A program made the position numbers and the translations under genes. From Candidatus Entotheonellaceae bacterium (lineage in GTDB: Bacteria; Tectomicrobia; Entotheonellia; Entotheonellales; Entotheonellaceae), in the NCBI GenBank assembly GCA_965238075.1, contig OZ250173.1, forward strand, positions 992,001-1,056,000: a DNA stretch of 64,000 nucleotides, given 5' to 3'. Numbering within the stretch: position 1 is the first letter of the stretch; each line of letters begins with the position of its first letter. The notes under the pieces are model-generated. The model searched no databases, had not been told where the DNA came from, and was given only the letters and a program-made list of their open reading frames with translations. Positions 11,281 to 20,838 of this stretch are shown one piece after another.

Positions 11281-12051
11281 TTACGGCGCCATGACCGAAT
11301 AGCCGCCGTCCACCGGCAGCGCCACGCCGGTGATGAAGTCCGACGCCTTGCTAGCCAGAAATACCGCCACCCCCGCCAAATCCTCCGGCTCGCCCCAGCG
11401 CGCTTGCGGGCTGCGCGACAGCACCCGCTCGTGCAGGCCGGGCAGGTCCCGGATGGCCTGATTGGTCAACGTGGTGTACAGCCAGCCCGGCAGAATGGCG
11501 TTCACCTGGATGTTGTCCTTGGCCCACGCCACCGCCAGGCTCTTGGTGAACTGCACCACGCCGCCCTTGCTGGCGCCGTACGCCAATACGTGGCTGCCGC
11601 CGAAGATGGAAAACATCGAGCCGTTGTTGATGATCTTGCCGCCGCCGCCCCGCACCATCGCGTCGTGCACGGCCTGCGAGCACAGGAAGGTGCTGGTCAG
11701 GTTGGTGTCCATGATGGTGCGCCAATCGTCCATGCTGAGTTCCTCGGGCGGCCGGCGAATATTGGTGCCCGCGTTATTGACCAGAATGTCCAGCCTATCG
11801 AACGCCTGCAGCGTCTGCGCCACCATGGCGTGCACGGAGGCTTCGTCGCACACGTCGACCTGCACCTCCAGCACCTCGACGCCATGCGCCTGCCGCAATT
11901 CGGCTGCCGTCTCGGCGGTCTTGGCCTGATCGCGAGCCGCGATCACCAGGTTCGCGCCGGCCGCCGCCAGACCCAGCGCCATGCCACGTCCCAGGCCGCC
12001 GTTGCCCCCCGTCACGATCGCCGCTTTACCGCGCAGATCAAACAAATCCAT
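11281..12051 (-). CDS. SDR family oxidoreductase (KduD/gluconate 5-dehydrogenase-like)
   Basis: TGGNGGLG, NNAG, YGASKGG motifs. Confidence 0.9.
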   Translation of the reverse strand: MDLFDLRGKAAIVTGGNGGLGRGMALGLAAAGANLVIAARDQAKTAETAAELRQAHGVEVLEVQVDVCDEASVHAMVAQTLQAFDRLDILVNNAGTNIRRPPEELSMDDWRTIMDTNLTSTFLCSQAVHDAMVRGGGGKIINNGSMFSIFGGSHVLAYGASKGGVVQFTKSLAVAWAKDNIQVNAILPGWLYTTLTNQAIRDLPGLHERVLSRSPQARWGEPEDLAGVAVFLASKASDFITGVALPVDGGYSVMAP

Positions 12052-12188
12052 CGCCTGCCCTCCCTCTGTCGACACTTGACAACGATGCCAATCTCACCTA
12101 CAACTCACCCCTGCGCAACTCGTCCCCGAGGCGTGAAAATGATGCGCTGAGCCGGGCGGGAAATGGATTGTGGCGGGAGGAGTTGACG

Positions 12189-12995
12189 ATGCTCACCGGT
12201 GAGATTGACGGTTATTTGACATACTACGAAATCGACGACTTCACGGACCCCTGGAAAGAGCCGGAAATGGTGCTACTCTACCACGGTCTGGGACGCACCG
12301 TCGATGTGTGGTACGGCTGGGTGCCCGTCCTGGCAAGACACTATCGCGTGCTGCGAACGGACTACCGCGGGCATGGCCGCTCGGCACCGCCGCGGGTGGG
12401 TTATCCGTGGTCCCTGGAGACCCTGGCGCGCGAGGCCAAGTTGCTGCTCGATCGTCTGGCAGTTCGCCGCATTCACTGGGTGGGAGAGTCGCTGGGGGGA
12501 AACGTGGGGATTCAGTTTGCCCTCGATTATCCGGACCGCTTGGCCAGCCTGACGCTGTGCTCCACGCCGTATCGCTATCCCGGTGCGGTGCAGGACAAGG
12601 TGCGGCAGTGGTCGAAACAACTCCAGCAAATGAGCGTCAAGGAATGGTATTTGTACGACACCACCACGCGGTTCGACCCCGACAAAGACGATCAGCAGAT
12701 GATTCAGTGGTTTGCCGATCTGGTGGGGCGCACGGATGTTGACGTTATCCGTGCCATCTCGCGCTTCCTGCCGAGTGTTAACATGTCAACGAAGTGCCCA
12801 CGAGTGCCGGTGCCGACGCTCATTTTGCATCCCGGCCAGTCGCCGATCGCCCCGGTGGAAGACGCGCGGGCGATGTGCGAGTCCATCCCCAACGGGCGTC
12901 TGGTGGTGTTCTACGACGCCAGCCATCATGTCTTCCTGACTCGCAGCGAAGAATGTGCCCACGAAACCTTGCGCTTCCTCGGCGCCCTCTCCTGA
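12189..12995 (+). CDS. Alpha/beta hydrolase
   Basis: HGLG oxyanion motif, DYRGHG, GESLG nucleophile elbow, C-terminal His (ASHH). Confidence 0.88.
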   Translation: MLTGEIDGYLTYYEIDDFTDPWKEPEMVLLYHGLGRTVDVWYGWVPVLARHYRVLRTDYRGHGRSAPPRVGYPWSLETLAREAKLLLDRLAVRRIHWVGESLGGNVGIQFALDYPDRLASLTLCSTPYRYPGAVQDKVRQWSKQLQQMSVKEWYLYDTTTRFDPDKDDQQMIQWFADLVGRTDVDVIRAISRFLPSVNMSTKCPRVPVPTLILHPGQSPIAPVEDARAMCESIPNGRLVVFYDASHHVFLTRSEECAHETLRFLGALS

Positions 12996-13027
12996 TCCAA
13001 CGCCCTTCTCGCCGTGCTCCGGCCTGC

Positions 13028-14152
13028 TCAGGCAATAATCGCCTTTTCCAGAACCTGGTCGTCAAACTCCAGCCCAAAGCCGGGCCTGTCCGGCAACTTG
13101 ATGACGCCGTTTTCAGGAATGATCGGGTCCACGAAGAGTTCCGCCACACGCTCGGCGGGGCCGGTGAATTCCTCTGAGAATTCGTGCGGCCTGACGGCGT
13201 TGGTGACGGTGCCGTAGGCATGCAGGCTGGCAACCGAGTTGACGCCGACGTTGGGGCTGTGCGGCATGATGACCTTGTTGCTGGCCACCGCCATGTCGTA
13301 CACCCGCAGCATTTCGGTGAGGCCGCCGACGTTCAGGATGTCCGGCTGCAGGATGTCGGGATTCGCCAAGTCCATCAGGTCCCGGAAGCGCCACGACGAG
13401 GTCTCCTGCTCTCCAGTAGACACGGCGCAGTCCAGCGCGTCCACCACCTGCCGCAAGCCGCGCAGGTCGTATTGCGGCAGCGGCTCCTCAAAGTGCGCCA
13501 CGCCAAACGACTCCAGCCGGCGGCCCTGCTCGATCGCCGTGGGGACGGAATAGCCGTTGTTGGCGTCGAAGCCTAGCGGCACGTCGTCGGGCAGCCACTC
13601 CCGGCAGGTACGGAAAATGGCGAAGTCCTTCATTGGGTTGCCGTCCTGCCGATAATCTCGCCAATCCATGCGCACCTTGAATGCCCGGAAGCCCTTTTCA
13701 AACCCTTCCTGCACCTCCTGCAGCATGGCGCCGGGAGCCTTCTTCCAGCCGTTGCCGCGACTCCAGTACAAAGGGATCTCCCGCCGCTTGAGGCCGCCGA
13801 GCAGCGTGTGCACCGGAAGACCGGCCGCCTTGCCAAGGATGTCCCAGCAACAAATGTCGATGGCGCCGACGACCTGCGGCGGAAACCGCGTCGCGTGTTG
13901 AGCGCCACCCTGCGCCAGCAGTTCCCAGATGCGCTTGGGCTGCAGGGGATTGACGCCAACCAGCAGCGGCTTGATGAGGTCGTCGACATAAGCCCGGAAC
14001 ACACTCAGGTTGCGGGAACCCTCGGCGATGCCCACGATGCCCTCGTCGGTATACACACGCACGATCAACCGGCCACCGGCACCAACGAAGGGGGTTGCTT
14101 CCTTGGGTAAGAAGCTCTTCAACTGGTTCACTGTGATGTCTGTGATCTTCAA
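13028..14152 (-). CDS. Mandelate racemase/muconate lactonizing enzyme family protein
   Basis: GAIDICCWDILGK, KVR, DAN, EEP, GEQ metal ligands; TTG start after a GAGGTG RBS (MKITDI). Confidence 0.9.
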   Translation of the reverse strand: MKITDITVNQLKSFLPKEATPFVGAGGRLIVRVYTDEGIVGIAEGSRNLSVFRAYVDDLIKPLLVGVNPLQPKRIWELLAQGGAQHATRFPPQVVGAIDICCWDILGKAAGLPVHTLLGGLKRREIPLYWSRGNGWKKAPGAMLQEVQEGFEKGFRAFKVRMDWRDYRQDGNPMKDFAIFRTCREWLPDDVPLGFDANNGYSVPTAIEQGRRLESFGVAHFEEPLPQYDLRGLRQVVDALDCAVSTGEQETSSWRFRDLMDLANPDILQPDILNVGGLTEMLRVYDMAVASNKVIMPHSPNVGVNSVASLHAYGTVTNAVRPHEFSEEFTGPAERVAELFVDPIIPENGVIKLPDRPGFGLEFDDQVLEKAIIA

Positions 14153-14390
14153 CGTCTCACCTCGCGAACAGCAATGACCATAAACCCAACCCGCCACTCC
14201 ATGCCGGGAGCGCAGCATATGGGCCCCAGATAACATTGTCAATCGGCATCCCACCACCGGCACGTGGCGCCCGCCACCGGCCCCGCAAAGCGCCGCGCCG
14301 TTGTGCTAAGATGCCCGCTCGCTGCTCGCCCGGCGAGCCGTTGTGGCGCCTTGCGACAGAGACGTGACCTGAAAAGGAAAGGAATCTCGA

Positions 14391-14741
14391 ATGAAAGGCA
14401 ACCACGTGCTTTGCGCCGTTGCGGCGGCATGCCTCTTGTTGGCTTCGGCGGTTATCACCGGGGCGCACAACAAGGATCAGAAACACTTCGAGAAGCTCTA
14501 CTACGACTACCTCATACCCGATACGGACTTGTACTACGCCTCCTGTAAAGTCTGCCACATTAACAAGCGGAAACTGAACTCGTACGGCAGGGCGCTGCGG
14601 CGCGCCAAGAAGGCAGGCATGGAACCGGCGGTGGAAATCTATCTCGCCGTCGAGGAAAAGGATTCCGACTACGACGGCGTCTCGAACGGTGAGGAAATCC
14701 GGCTAGGCACCAAGCCGGGCGACGACGAATCCCATCCCTAA
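14391..14741 (+). CDS. Small exported monoheme c-type cytochrome with Ca-binding DSDxDG motif
   Basis: Signal peptide, CKVCH, then LNSYG...DSDYDGVSNGEEI...TKPGD. Confidence 0.75.
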   Translation: MKGNHVLCAVAAACLLLASAVITGAHNKDQKHFEKLYYDYLIPDTDLYYASCKVCHINKRKLNSYGRALRRAKKAGMEPAVEIYLAVEEKDSDYDGVSNGEEIRLGTKPGDDESHP

Positions 14742-14756
14742 CCGACGACTCGGCGT

Positions 14757-15668
14757 TCACAACGGCAGCTTCACCAGCACGGGGGGATGCTCGGAGACGC
14801 CGGCCAGTGGCGGCAAGACCCGCACTCTGGCGTCAGGCCAGCCGCTGCCAAGGAGCACGCCGCCGGCTTCCGGACGCAGGGTTGGTGTAGCGCCCAAGTA
14901 GGCGCAGATTCCATCCGCATCGGACTCGTCAACCCCCGTCATGACGCAACTCGGCATCGCCGCACGACGCACGATGGCCGCCAACTGCTCTTCCTGCCGC
15001 TGGAACCTGCGGGTGCGACGCAACGCCAGATGAGTCTGCATCAACCGTACACCGCGCACGCCGCAACGCATGTCAACCACCTGCACCGCGTCGTGCGGAG
15101 CAAACAACGCCGCCAGCAAGGGAAACGCCCGCGATTGTGGCAGGCGCTGCCAACTGTTGTGCTCTAGCGGTAGGCGGCTGATGACCCCCTGCCCAGCGCG
15201 CACACGACCAGCTTGCCGCCAAGGCACCGGCAAGTACCGGCACTCCCAGGTCGTCACCGTCGCCACATATCCCCAACCTAGTGCCGCGGCCATGTAGTGC
15301 AGTTGCGCAGTGTCATCCGTGCGGCGACTGGCAAAATCGACCGCTTGCAACAGCACCGCGTCGGCCCCGCAAGCCGCGATCGCTTCGATGACGCGGTCCA
15401 GCCGATCATACACCGCCGCGGCCTCCTGCGGCGCCGACCGCCACCCCGCTCCGCCGAGTCCGTAAGCCAAGTTATAAGAAAACAGGGTCAGCAAGTCTGG
15501 TGGCGCGGCGGACGACTCGGGAAGACTCCCGGAAATGGCCTCGACGATGCCGACGCCCTGCGCCTCAAAGACGGTTTTGCCGCCACCGGCCCACAGCACC
15601 GCACCGGTCACTAGGACCAGCAGCACCAGTGCTATCAGCGCCACGCCCATGCGCCTACCTCCATCCAT
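14757..15668 (-). CDS. Endonuclease/exonuclease/phosphatase (EEP) family protein, membrane-anchored, catalytic motifs degenerate
   Basis: SYNLAYG, LLQAVD, THL, SEHPPV equivalents of the EEP motifs; N-terminal hydrophobic helix. Confidence 0.75.
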   Translation of the reverse strand: MDGGRRMGVALIALVLLVLVTGAVLWAGGGKTVFEAQGVGIVEAISGSLPESSAAPPDLLTLFSYNLAYGLGGAGWRSAPQEAAAVYDRLDRVIEAIAACGADAVLLQAVDFASRRTDDTAQLHYMAAALGWGYVATVTTWECRYLPVPWRQAGRVRAGQGVISRLPLEHNSWQRLPQSRAFPLLAALFAPHDAVQVVDMRCGVRGVRLMQTHLALRRTRRFQRQEEQLAAIVRRAAMPSCVMTGVDESDADGICAYLGATPTLRPEAGGVLLGSGWPDARVRVLPPLAGVSEHPPVLVKLPL

Positions 15669-15794
15669 GCCTCATCCACAAGAAAAAACTGGCGACCACT
15701 TGCCGGGTATGTCATTCTCAACTGTCCAGGATGAGCACGCCGAGGCGATTTCGTGGGACAACACCAGATCAGGGTTGGAGGAGAGGCGACACCC

Positions 15795-16085
15795 ATGGCG
15801 ACACGACAAAAGCTATCCGAGGCGGAGGTGGCCGCTCGGCTGCCCGAGTTGCAGGGCTGGGAACTCATTGACGGCAAACTCAGCAAAACGTTCCGATTCG
15901 ACACATTCGTCAACGCTTTCGGGTTCATGGCCAGCGTCGCACTGGCGGCGGAATCGATGAACCACCATCCGGAATGGTCCAACGTTTATAATCGCGTCAC
16001 CATCGCCCTGACCACCCACGACGTCGGCGGCCTCAGCGGCCTGGATTTCACCCTCGCGCAGCGCATCGAAGACATCGCCGCCTGA
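15795..16085 (+). CDS. phhB: Pterin-4-alpha-carbinolamine dehydratase
   Basis: [13 protein letters not shown]...THDVGGLS signature. Confidence 0.93.
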   Translation: MATRQKLSEAEVAARLPELQGWELIDGKLSKTFRFDTFVNAFGFMASVALAAESMNHHPEWSNVYNRVTIALTTHDVGGLSGLDFTLAQRIEDIAA

Positions 16086-16117
16086 GGCGCCGCGATCTTG
16101 GAAAGGAGGCTCTGCAA

Positions 16118-16531
16118 ATGGACAAGCCGAGCGACAAGAACATCGCCAAAATGCAGAAATACGCCGAGAAATTTGCCGAAAAGTCAGGTAGTTACCTGCA
16201 CCCGGACCGCAGCGTCACGGAAACCGTTGTCGAGGGTTTGGCGCGGCATATCGAGGAGGTCGGCGTGCCGCTGTGCCCGTGCAACTTCTACCCCGACAAG
16301 CCGGCCGAGGCGAAGCTGCGCCGCTGGCGTTGCGCCTGCGACGAAATGCAGATGTACAAGTACTGTCACTGCCTGTTGTTCGTTAACAAGGAGGGCGTCC
16401 CGATTACCGAGCACCTACCCGAGGATCACGAGGGACGGCAGATATACGGCCTTGTGAAAGACCCACATGCTGATAAAGGACGGGCGATGCGGCACAGGAT
16501 CGGCGCCACCGAGGAGGCGGCGCACGATTAA
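16118..16531 (+). CDS. Ferredoxin:thioredoxin reductase catalytic subunit
   Basis: CPC, CAC and CHC motifs with FTR spacing (PLCPC...WRCAC...CHCLLF); AGGAGG RBS. Confidence 0.9.
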   Translation: MDKPSDKNIAKMQKYAEKFAEKSGSYLHPDRSVTETVVEGLARHIEEVGVPLCPCNFYPDKPAEAKLRRWRCACDEMQMYKYCHCLLFVNKEGVPITEHLPEDHEGRQIYGLVKDPHADKGRAMRHRIGATEEAAHD

Positions 16532-16576
16532 GCGCGCGGCGTCTGTCCTGAGCGGCGGGGCGTTCGCCGCGCGCTT
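16530..16576. terminator. 12-bp inverted repeat between convergent genes
   Basis: AAGCGCGCGGCG (16530-16541) and CGCCGCGCGCTT (16565-16576). Confidence 0.45.
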
Positions 16577-16578
16577 TC

Positions 16579-16812
16579 CTACGAGGCGAGCGCCGCGTCG
16601 ATGGCGGCGGGATTAAATCCGCTGAGCCGCTGCTCGCCGATCACCACCACCGGCAGGGAGCGCAACCCCATGCCGATCAATTCCTGCACGGCGTCGGGAT
16701 CACGGGCGACATTTTTTTCAACAAACGCGACCCCCTTCTGCGATAGATACTCCATCGCTTGGTGACAGGGGCCTCAACCGACGTTGCTGTAGACGATCAC
16801 TTCTTTGTCCAC
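16579..16812 (-). CDS. Glutaredoxin/NrdH-like selenoprotein (UGPC), 77 aa
   Basis: Manual translation MDKEVIVYSNVG-U-GPCHQAMEYLSQKGVAFVEKNVARDPDAVQELIGMGLRSLPVVVIGEQRLSGFNPAAIDAALAS; TGA at 16774-16776 occupies the first Cys position of CxxC; AAGGAAG RBS; SECIS-like hairpin. Confidence 0.9.
16729..16773 (-). promoter_or_regulatory. Bacterial SECIS-like element
   Basis: After UGA: apical stem GCGAUGGA/UCUAUCGC with loop GUA (G is nt +24); lower stem GGCCCC/GGGGUC. Confidence 0.75.
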
Positions 16813-16851
16813 GCTCACTTCCTTTCTCTCAGCCCGCGCCTTGCCGCGGAA

Positions 16852-17199
16852 TTAGCCCAACGTCTCAACCAGTACTTGCTCATTGTAGCCGACGACGAGG
16901 GTGCGTCCGACGCGCAGGGTGGGGGCTCGCAGGTTGCCGGTGGGCCCCAGCATCAGCTTGGCCACCGCGTTATCAGTCGGCGGCTCGGCGCCCAGATCGA
17001 GCTCCGTCAGCTTCTTGCCCTTCGCGACAACCAGGCGGTCGGCCTGCTCCACCAATGCCAACGCATCGCTCAGCCCGAGCTTCCTACTCGCCGGAATCGT
17101 GTCTTGCACCGTCACGTCATGGGTCTCCAAAAACCTGGAAACCTTGGCGCAGGTGGTTCAACCCTTGCGGTGATAGTACCAATCCACTTGCCGGCTCAT
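16852..17199 (-). CDS. ArsC/Spx family selenoprotein (UTTC), 115 aa
   Basis: MSRQVDWYYHRKG-U-TTCAKVSRFLETHDV...GPTGNLRAPTLRVGRTLVVGYN; TGA at 17158-17160; GAAGGAG RBS before ATG 17199. The ORF track has only the downstream part. Confidence 0.9.
17122..17157 (-). promoter_or_regulatory. Bacterial SECIS-like element
   Basis: After UGA: stem GGUUUCCAG/UUGGAGACC with loop GUUU (G is nt +24). Confidence 0.75.
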
Positions 17200-17226
17200 G
17201 TGCACTCCTTCGCGGGTCTTGCGCCT

Positions 17227-17526
17227 CTACTCGTCCGCCGTTTCCCCAACGGTGATGCGGTCCTTGATGTTTTCAAAGGTCTTCTCGCCAATTCCCGAGA
17301 CCTTCATGATGTCTTCGATGGTTTCGAAGGACTGTGCCTCCCGGTACTCGATAATGGCCTTAGCTTTTGCTTCACCGATGCCCTTCAACATCATCAACTC
17401 GACCTCGTCGGCCGTGTTGATGTTGATGGGCGTGCCCTCGTCCTGCGCCGTACCCAAACCCAGGCCGCCGACCAGAAGGGCAATCGTCAGGGCAGCGGCT
17501 GCCAAGCGCCGCCTATCGAATTTCAT
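17227..17526 (-). CDS. comEA: ComEA-like helix-hairpin-helix DNA-binding protein
   Basis: Signal peptide plus ININTA...LKGIGEAKAKAIIEYRE...VSGIGEKTFE. Confidence 0.88.
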   Translation of the reverse strand: MKFDRRRLAAAALTIALLVGGLGLGTAQDEGTPININTADEVELMMLKGIGEAKAKAIIEYREAQSFETIEDIMKVSGIGEKTFENIKDRITVGETADE

Positions 17527-17754
17527 AGGGGGCTCCTTCTCCGTTGAGTGGGCCGAACACGAACAAGAACCGACCTCCCGGAGTCTGTCCGGGAAGTCAG
17601 AAACCGAGGCGGCAGGTTACGGACTGGCACCGGCGAAGTCAAGCCATTCTCGGCTTGACAAACCGTGCGGGGTTTTGCCACCGTACCGGAGCCGAAAACA
17701 CGCGCTCCTTTGGCCAGGAACGTTTGAGACAGTCATCAAACACGGGGATGCGGC

Positions 17755-18606
17755 ATGCGCTTCACCAAGATGCACGGGCTTGGTAACGATTACATATACG
17801 TCAACGGCTTCGACGAACAGGTCGACGACCCCGCCGCGGTGGCGCGGGCGGTGAGCGACCGGCATTTCGGCATCGGCGCCGACGGCCTGATTCTCATCCT
17901 GCCCTCCGACAAAGCCGATTGCCGCATGCGCATGTTCAACGCCGACGGCAGCGAAGCGCAGATGTGCGGCAATGGCATCCGCTGCGTGGCCAAATACGTC
18001 TACGACCACGATATTGCCCGCCGCACTGCCCTGAACGTGGAAACCCTGGTGGGTGTTCTGAATCTGGACTTGTTTGTCGCCGACGGCGTGGTCGACAGGG
18101 TGCGCGTCAAGATGGGCGAGCCTCGCCTGCAGCGGGCGCAGATTCCCATGCAAGGGGCATCGGGCGAAGTGATCAACGAGCCGCTGCCTGTCAATGGCGC
18201 CACCTTCGACGTCACCGCGGTATCGATGGGCAACCCGCATTGCGTGGTGTTCGTGGAAGACGTTGCCAGCTTCGACGTGGCCGGCTGGGGCCCGCACTTT
18301 GAGCACCACGCCGCCTTCCCGGAGGGGGTCAACACCGAGTTCATCCAGGTGCGCGACCGGGAATCGTTCAGCATGCGCGTCTGGGAACGCGGCTCGGGCG
18401 AAACGCTTGCCTGCGGCACCGGCGCCTCGGCCGCCGCGGTGGCGTGCCACCTCACCGGGCGCGCGGACCGGCGGGTCACCGCGCACCTGTTGGGTGGTCC
18501 CCTGGAATTGGAATGGCAGGCCAGCGATAATCAGGTCTTGATGACCGGCCCGGCCGTGGAGGTGTTCAGCGGCGAATGGCAGCAGCAGGAGGAAGCGCGC
18601 TCATGA
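17755..18606 (+). CDS. dapF: Diaminopimelate epimerase
   Basis: [37 protein letters not shown]. Confidence 0.97.
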   Translation: MRFTKMHGLGNDYIYVNGFDEQVDDPAAVARAVSDRHFGIGADGLILILPSDKADCRMRMFNADGSEAQMCGNGIRCVAKYVYDHDIARRTALNVETLVGVLNLDLFVADGVVDRVRVKMGEPRLQRAQIPMQGASGEVINEPLPVNGATFDVTAVSMGNPHCVVFVEDVASFDVAGWGPHFEHHAAFPEGVNTEFIQVRDRESFSMRVWERGSGETLACGTGASAAAVACHLTGRADRRVTAHLLGGPLELEWQASDNQVLMTGPAVEVFSGEWQQQEEARS

Positions 18607-19643
18607 TCGATCTACGCAGCGATACCGTCAGTAAACCGTCCCCGGAGATGCGCCGCGTCATGGCCGAGGCCGAGGTCGGCGACGACGTGTTTGGCGAGGA
18701 TCCGTCCGTCAACCGGTTACAGGAGCTCGCCGCGCAAGTGCTGGGCAAGGAGGCCGCCCTGTACGTGCCCTCCGGCACCATGGCCAATCAGATCTGCATC
18801 AAGGTGCATACGCAGCCCGGCGACGAGATTATCATGGAGCGCACCAGCCACCCGTTCAACAGCGAGTCTGGCGGCTTGGCGGCGCTGTCCGGCGTGCAGG
18901 TCAACCTGCTGGACGGCCAGCGCGGCCTTCTGTCTGCCGAGCAGGTGGCGCGCGTGATTCGCCACGACAACGACGTGCATAACGCTCCGACCCGCCTGGT
19001 ATCGCTGGAAAATACCCACAACCGCGGCGGCGGCACCGTCTATCCCTTGGACCGCATCAAGGAAATCCACGACGTGGCCCGCGCCGAAGGGCTCGCCATG
19101 CACCTCGACGGCGCCCGCCTGATGAACGCCACCGTGGCTTCCGGCCTGCAGGCCATCGAGATCACCCGGTACTTCGATTCGTGCACGCTGTGCCTGTCCA
19201 AGGGCCTGGGCGCGCCGGTCGGCTCCGTCATTGCCGCCAGCGAGGACTTCATCCGCCGGGCGCAGCGCTACCGCAAGATGTTCGGCGGCGGCATGCGGCA
19301 AGCCGGCATCCTGGCCGCCGCCGGCATTTACGCACTGGAGAACAACGTCGAACGCTTGGCCGACGACCATCTGAACGCCAAGCTGCTCGCCGAGCGCATC
19401 AGCGGCGCCCCCGGCCTGCGGGTCGAGCCGTCCAACGTCGAAACCAACATCATCTACCTGCAACTCGACCCGGACGAGGCGCGCGTGGACGCGCCCGGCT
19501 TGGCAGCGGCGATGTGGCAACGGGGTGTCATGGCCCTCGTCATGGGGCGCTACGGCATGCGCCTGGTCATACACCTCGACGTCAGCCGCGACGAGGTGGA
19601 ACGGGCCGCCGAAATCATGTGCAGCATTCTGGAGGTTCGGTAA
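18603..19643 (+). CDS. ltaE: Low-specificity L-threonine aldolase
   Basis: [41 protein letters not shown] overlap with dapF. Confidence 0.95.
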   Translation: MIDLRSDTVSKPSPEMRRVMAEAEVGDDVFGEDPSVNRLQELAAQVLGKEAALYVPSGTMANQICIKVHTQPGDEIIMERTSHPFNSESGGLAALSGVQVNLLDGQRGLLSAEQVARVIRHDNDVHNAPTRLVSLENTHNRGGGTVYPLDRIKEIHDVARAEGLAMHLDGARLMNATVASGLQAIEITRYFDSCTLCLSKGLGAPVGSVIAASEDFIRRAQRYRKMFGGGMRQAGILAAAGIYALENNVERLADDHLNAKLLAERISGAPGLRVEPSNVETNIIYLQLDPDEARVDAPGLAAAMWQRGVMALVMGRYGMRLVIHLDVSRDEVERAAEIMCSILEVR

Positions 19644-19674
19644 TTCAATTCGTCAATCAGACAAGGAGCAACGT

Positions 19675-20670
19675 ATGGCGCGGCGGCTGTCCGTAGGCTT
19701 TAACTGGCAGGGGCCATTCGATTGGGAGCAGGGCATTGCGCGGGTGCGCGCGGCCGATGACGCAGGAGTGGATACGGTGTGGGTGCCGGAGGCGTGGGGC
19801 CGCGATTGCTTCACCATGCTGGCGGTGCTGGCGCGCGAGACGAAGCGCATCACGCTCGGCAGCGGCATCGTCAACACCTACTCGCGCACCCCGTCGGCCC
19901 TCGCGCAGCACTTCGCCACCCTCGACGAACTGAGCGGCGGGCGTATGCTGATCGGCCTCGGCACCAGCGGTCGCCGCGTCATCGAGCACTGGCACGGGGT
20001 GCCCTTCCAGCCGTCCCTGACGCGGCTGCGCGAATACATCGAGATTATCCGCATCATCCTCGCCCACGAGCCGCTGCACTACGAGGGCAAGGTGTTCACG
20101 CTGCAGCGCGGCTTCCGGCTGCGCTTCGAGCCGTTGCGCGCCAACATCCCGATTTTCATCGCCTCGCTGACGCCCAAGAGCGTGGCCCAGACCGCCCGGT
20201 TGGCTGACGGCTGGATGCCGGTTCTCATTCCGTTGGGACAACTCGGGCAGGAGGTGAAGGCGTTCCGCCAGCAGGTGTCGGCGGCAGGCCGCGACCCCGG
20301 CAGCGTCGCCGTGCGCAGCCCGGGCAGCGTCACCGTGACCGCCAACATCGAGGCCTACCGGCAGGAAGGCAAGAGTCACATCGCGTTTTACGTCACCAAC
20401 ATGGGCGATTACTATCGCGAGCAACTCACCCGCCTGGGTCATGGCGACGCCGTCCAGACCATTCGCGCCGCCTGGGACAAGGGCGGCCGCGTCGCCGGAA
20501 CCGCCGCGGTGCCCGACGACCTCGTCGACAGCCTGTTTTTCGCCGGATCGCTGGAAGCCTGCCTGGACCGCCTGGCGGCGCAATCGGAAGCGGGAATCGA
20601 CATGCACACCGTGCAGGTGGACGCGCCGCCGGACGAAACCGCTCGCATCCTGCGGCGCTTGGTCGGATGA
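19675..20670 (+). CDS. LLM class (probably F420-dependent) oxidoreductase
   Basis: VWVPEAWGRD, RTPSALAQHFATLDELSGGR, ADGWMP. Confidence 0.88.
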   Translation: MARRLSVGFNWQGPFDWEQGIARVRAADDAGVDTVWVPEAWGRDCFTMLAVLARETKRITLGSGIVNTYSRTPSALAQHFATLDELSGGRMLIGLGTSGRRVIEHWHGVPFQPSLTRLREYIEIIRIILAHEPLHYEGKVFTLQRGFRLRFEPLRANIPIFIASLTPKSVAQTARLADGWMPVLIPLGQLGQEVKAFRQQVSAAGRDPGSVAVRSPGSVTVTANIEAYRQEGKSHIAFYVTNMGDYYREQLTRLGHGDAVQTIRAAWDKGGRVAGTAAVPDDLVDSLFFAGSLEACLDRLAAQSEAGIDMHTVQVDAPPDETARILRRLVG

Positions 20671-20838
20671 CGAAAGCTGCGGGTCGAATTGGCGGAGCGT
20701 AATCCGTCCGCAGGCTGCTGCCGTCGGGCTGCGCCTATGGCTGACCGGACCTACTTGAAGCCGCCAGTCCACACACCATTCAATCCGACCCGGACCGGCA
20801 ATCCTGAACAATTGTTTCTGATTCATACCCCCGGCTTC

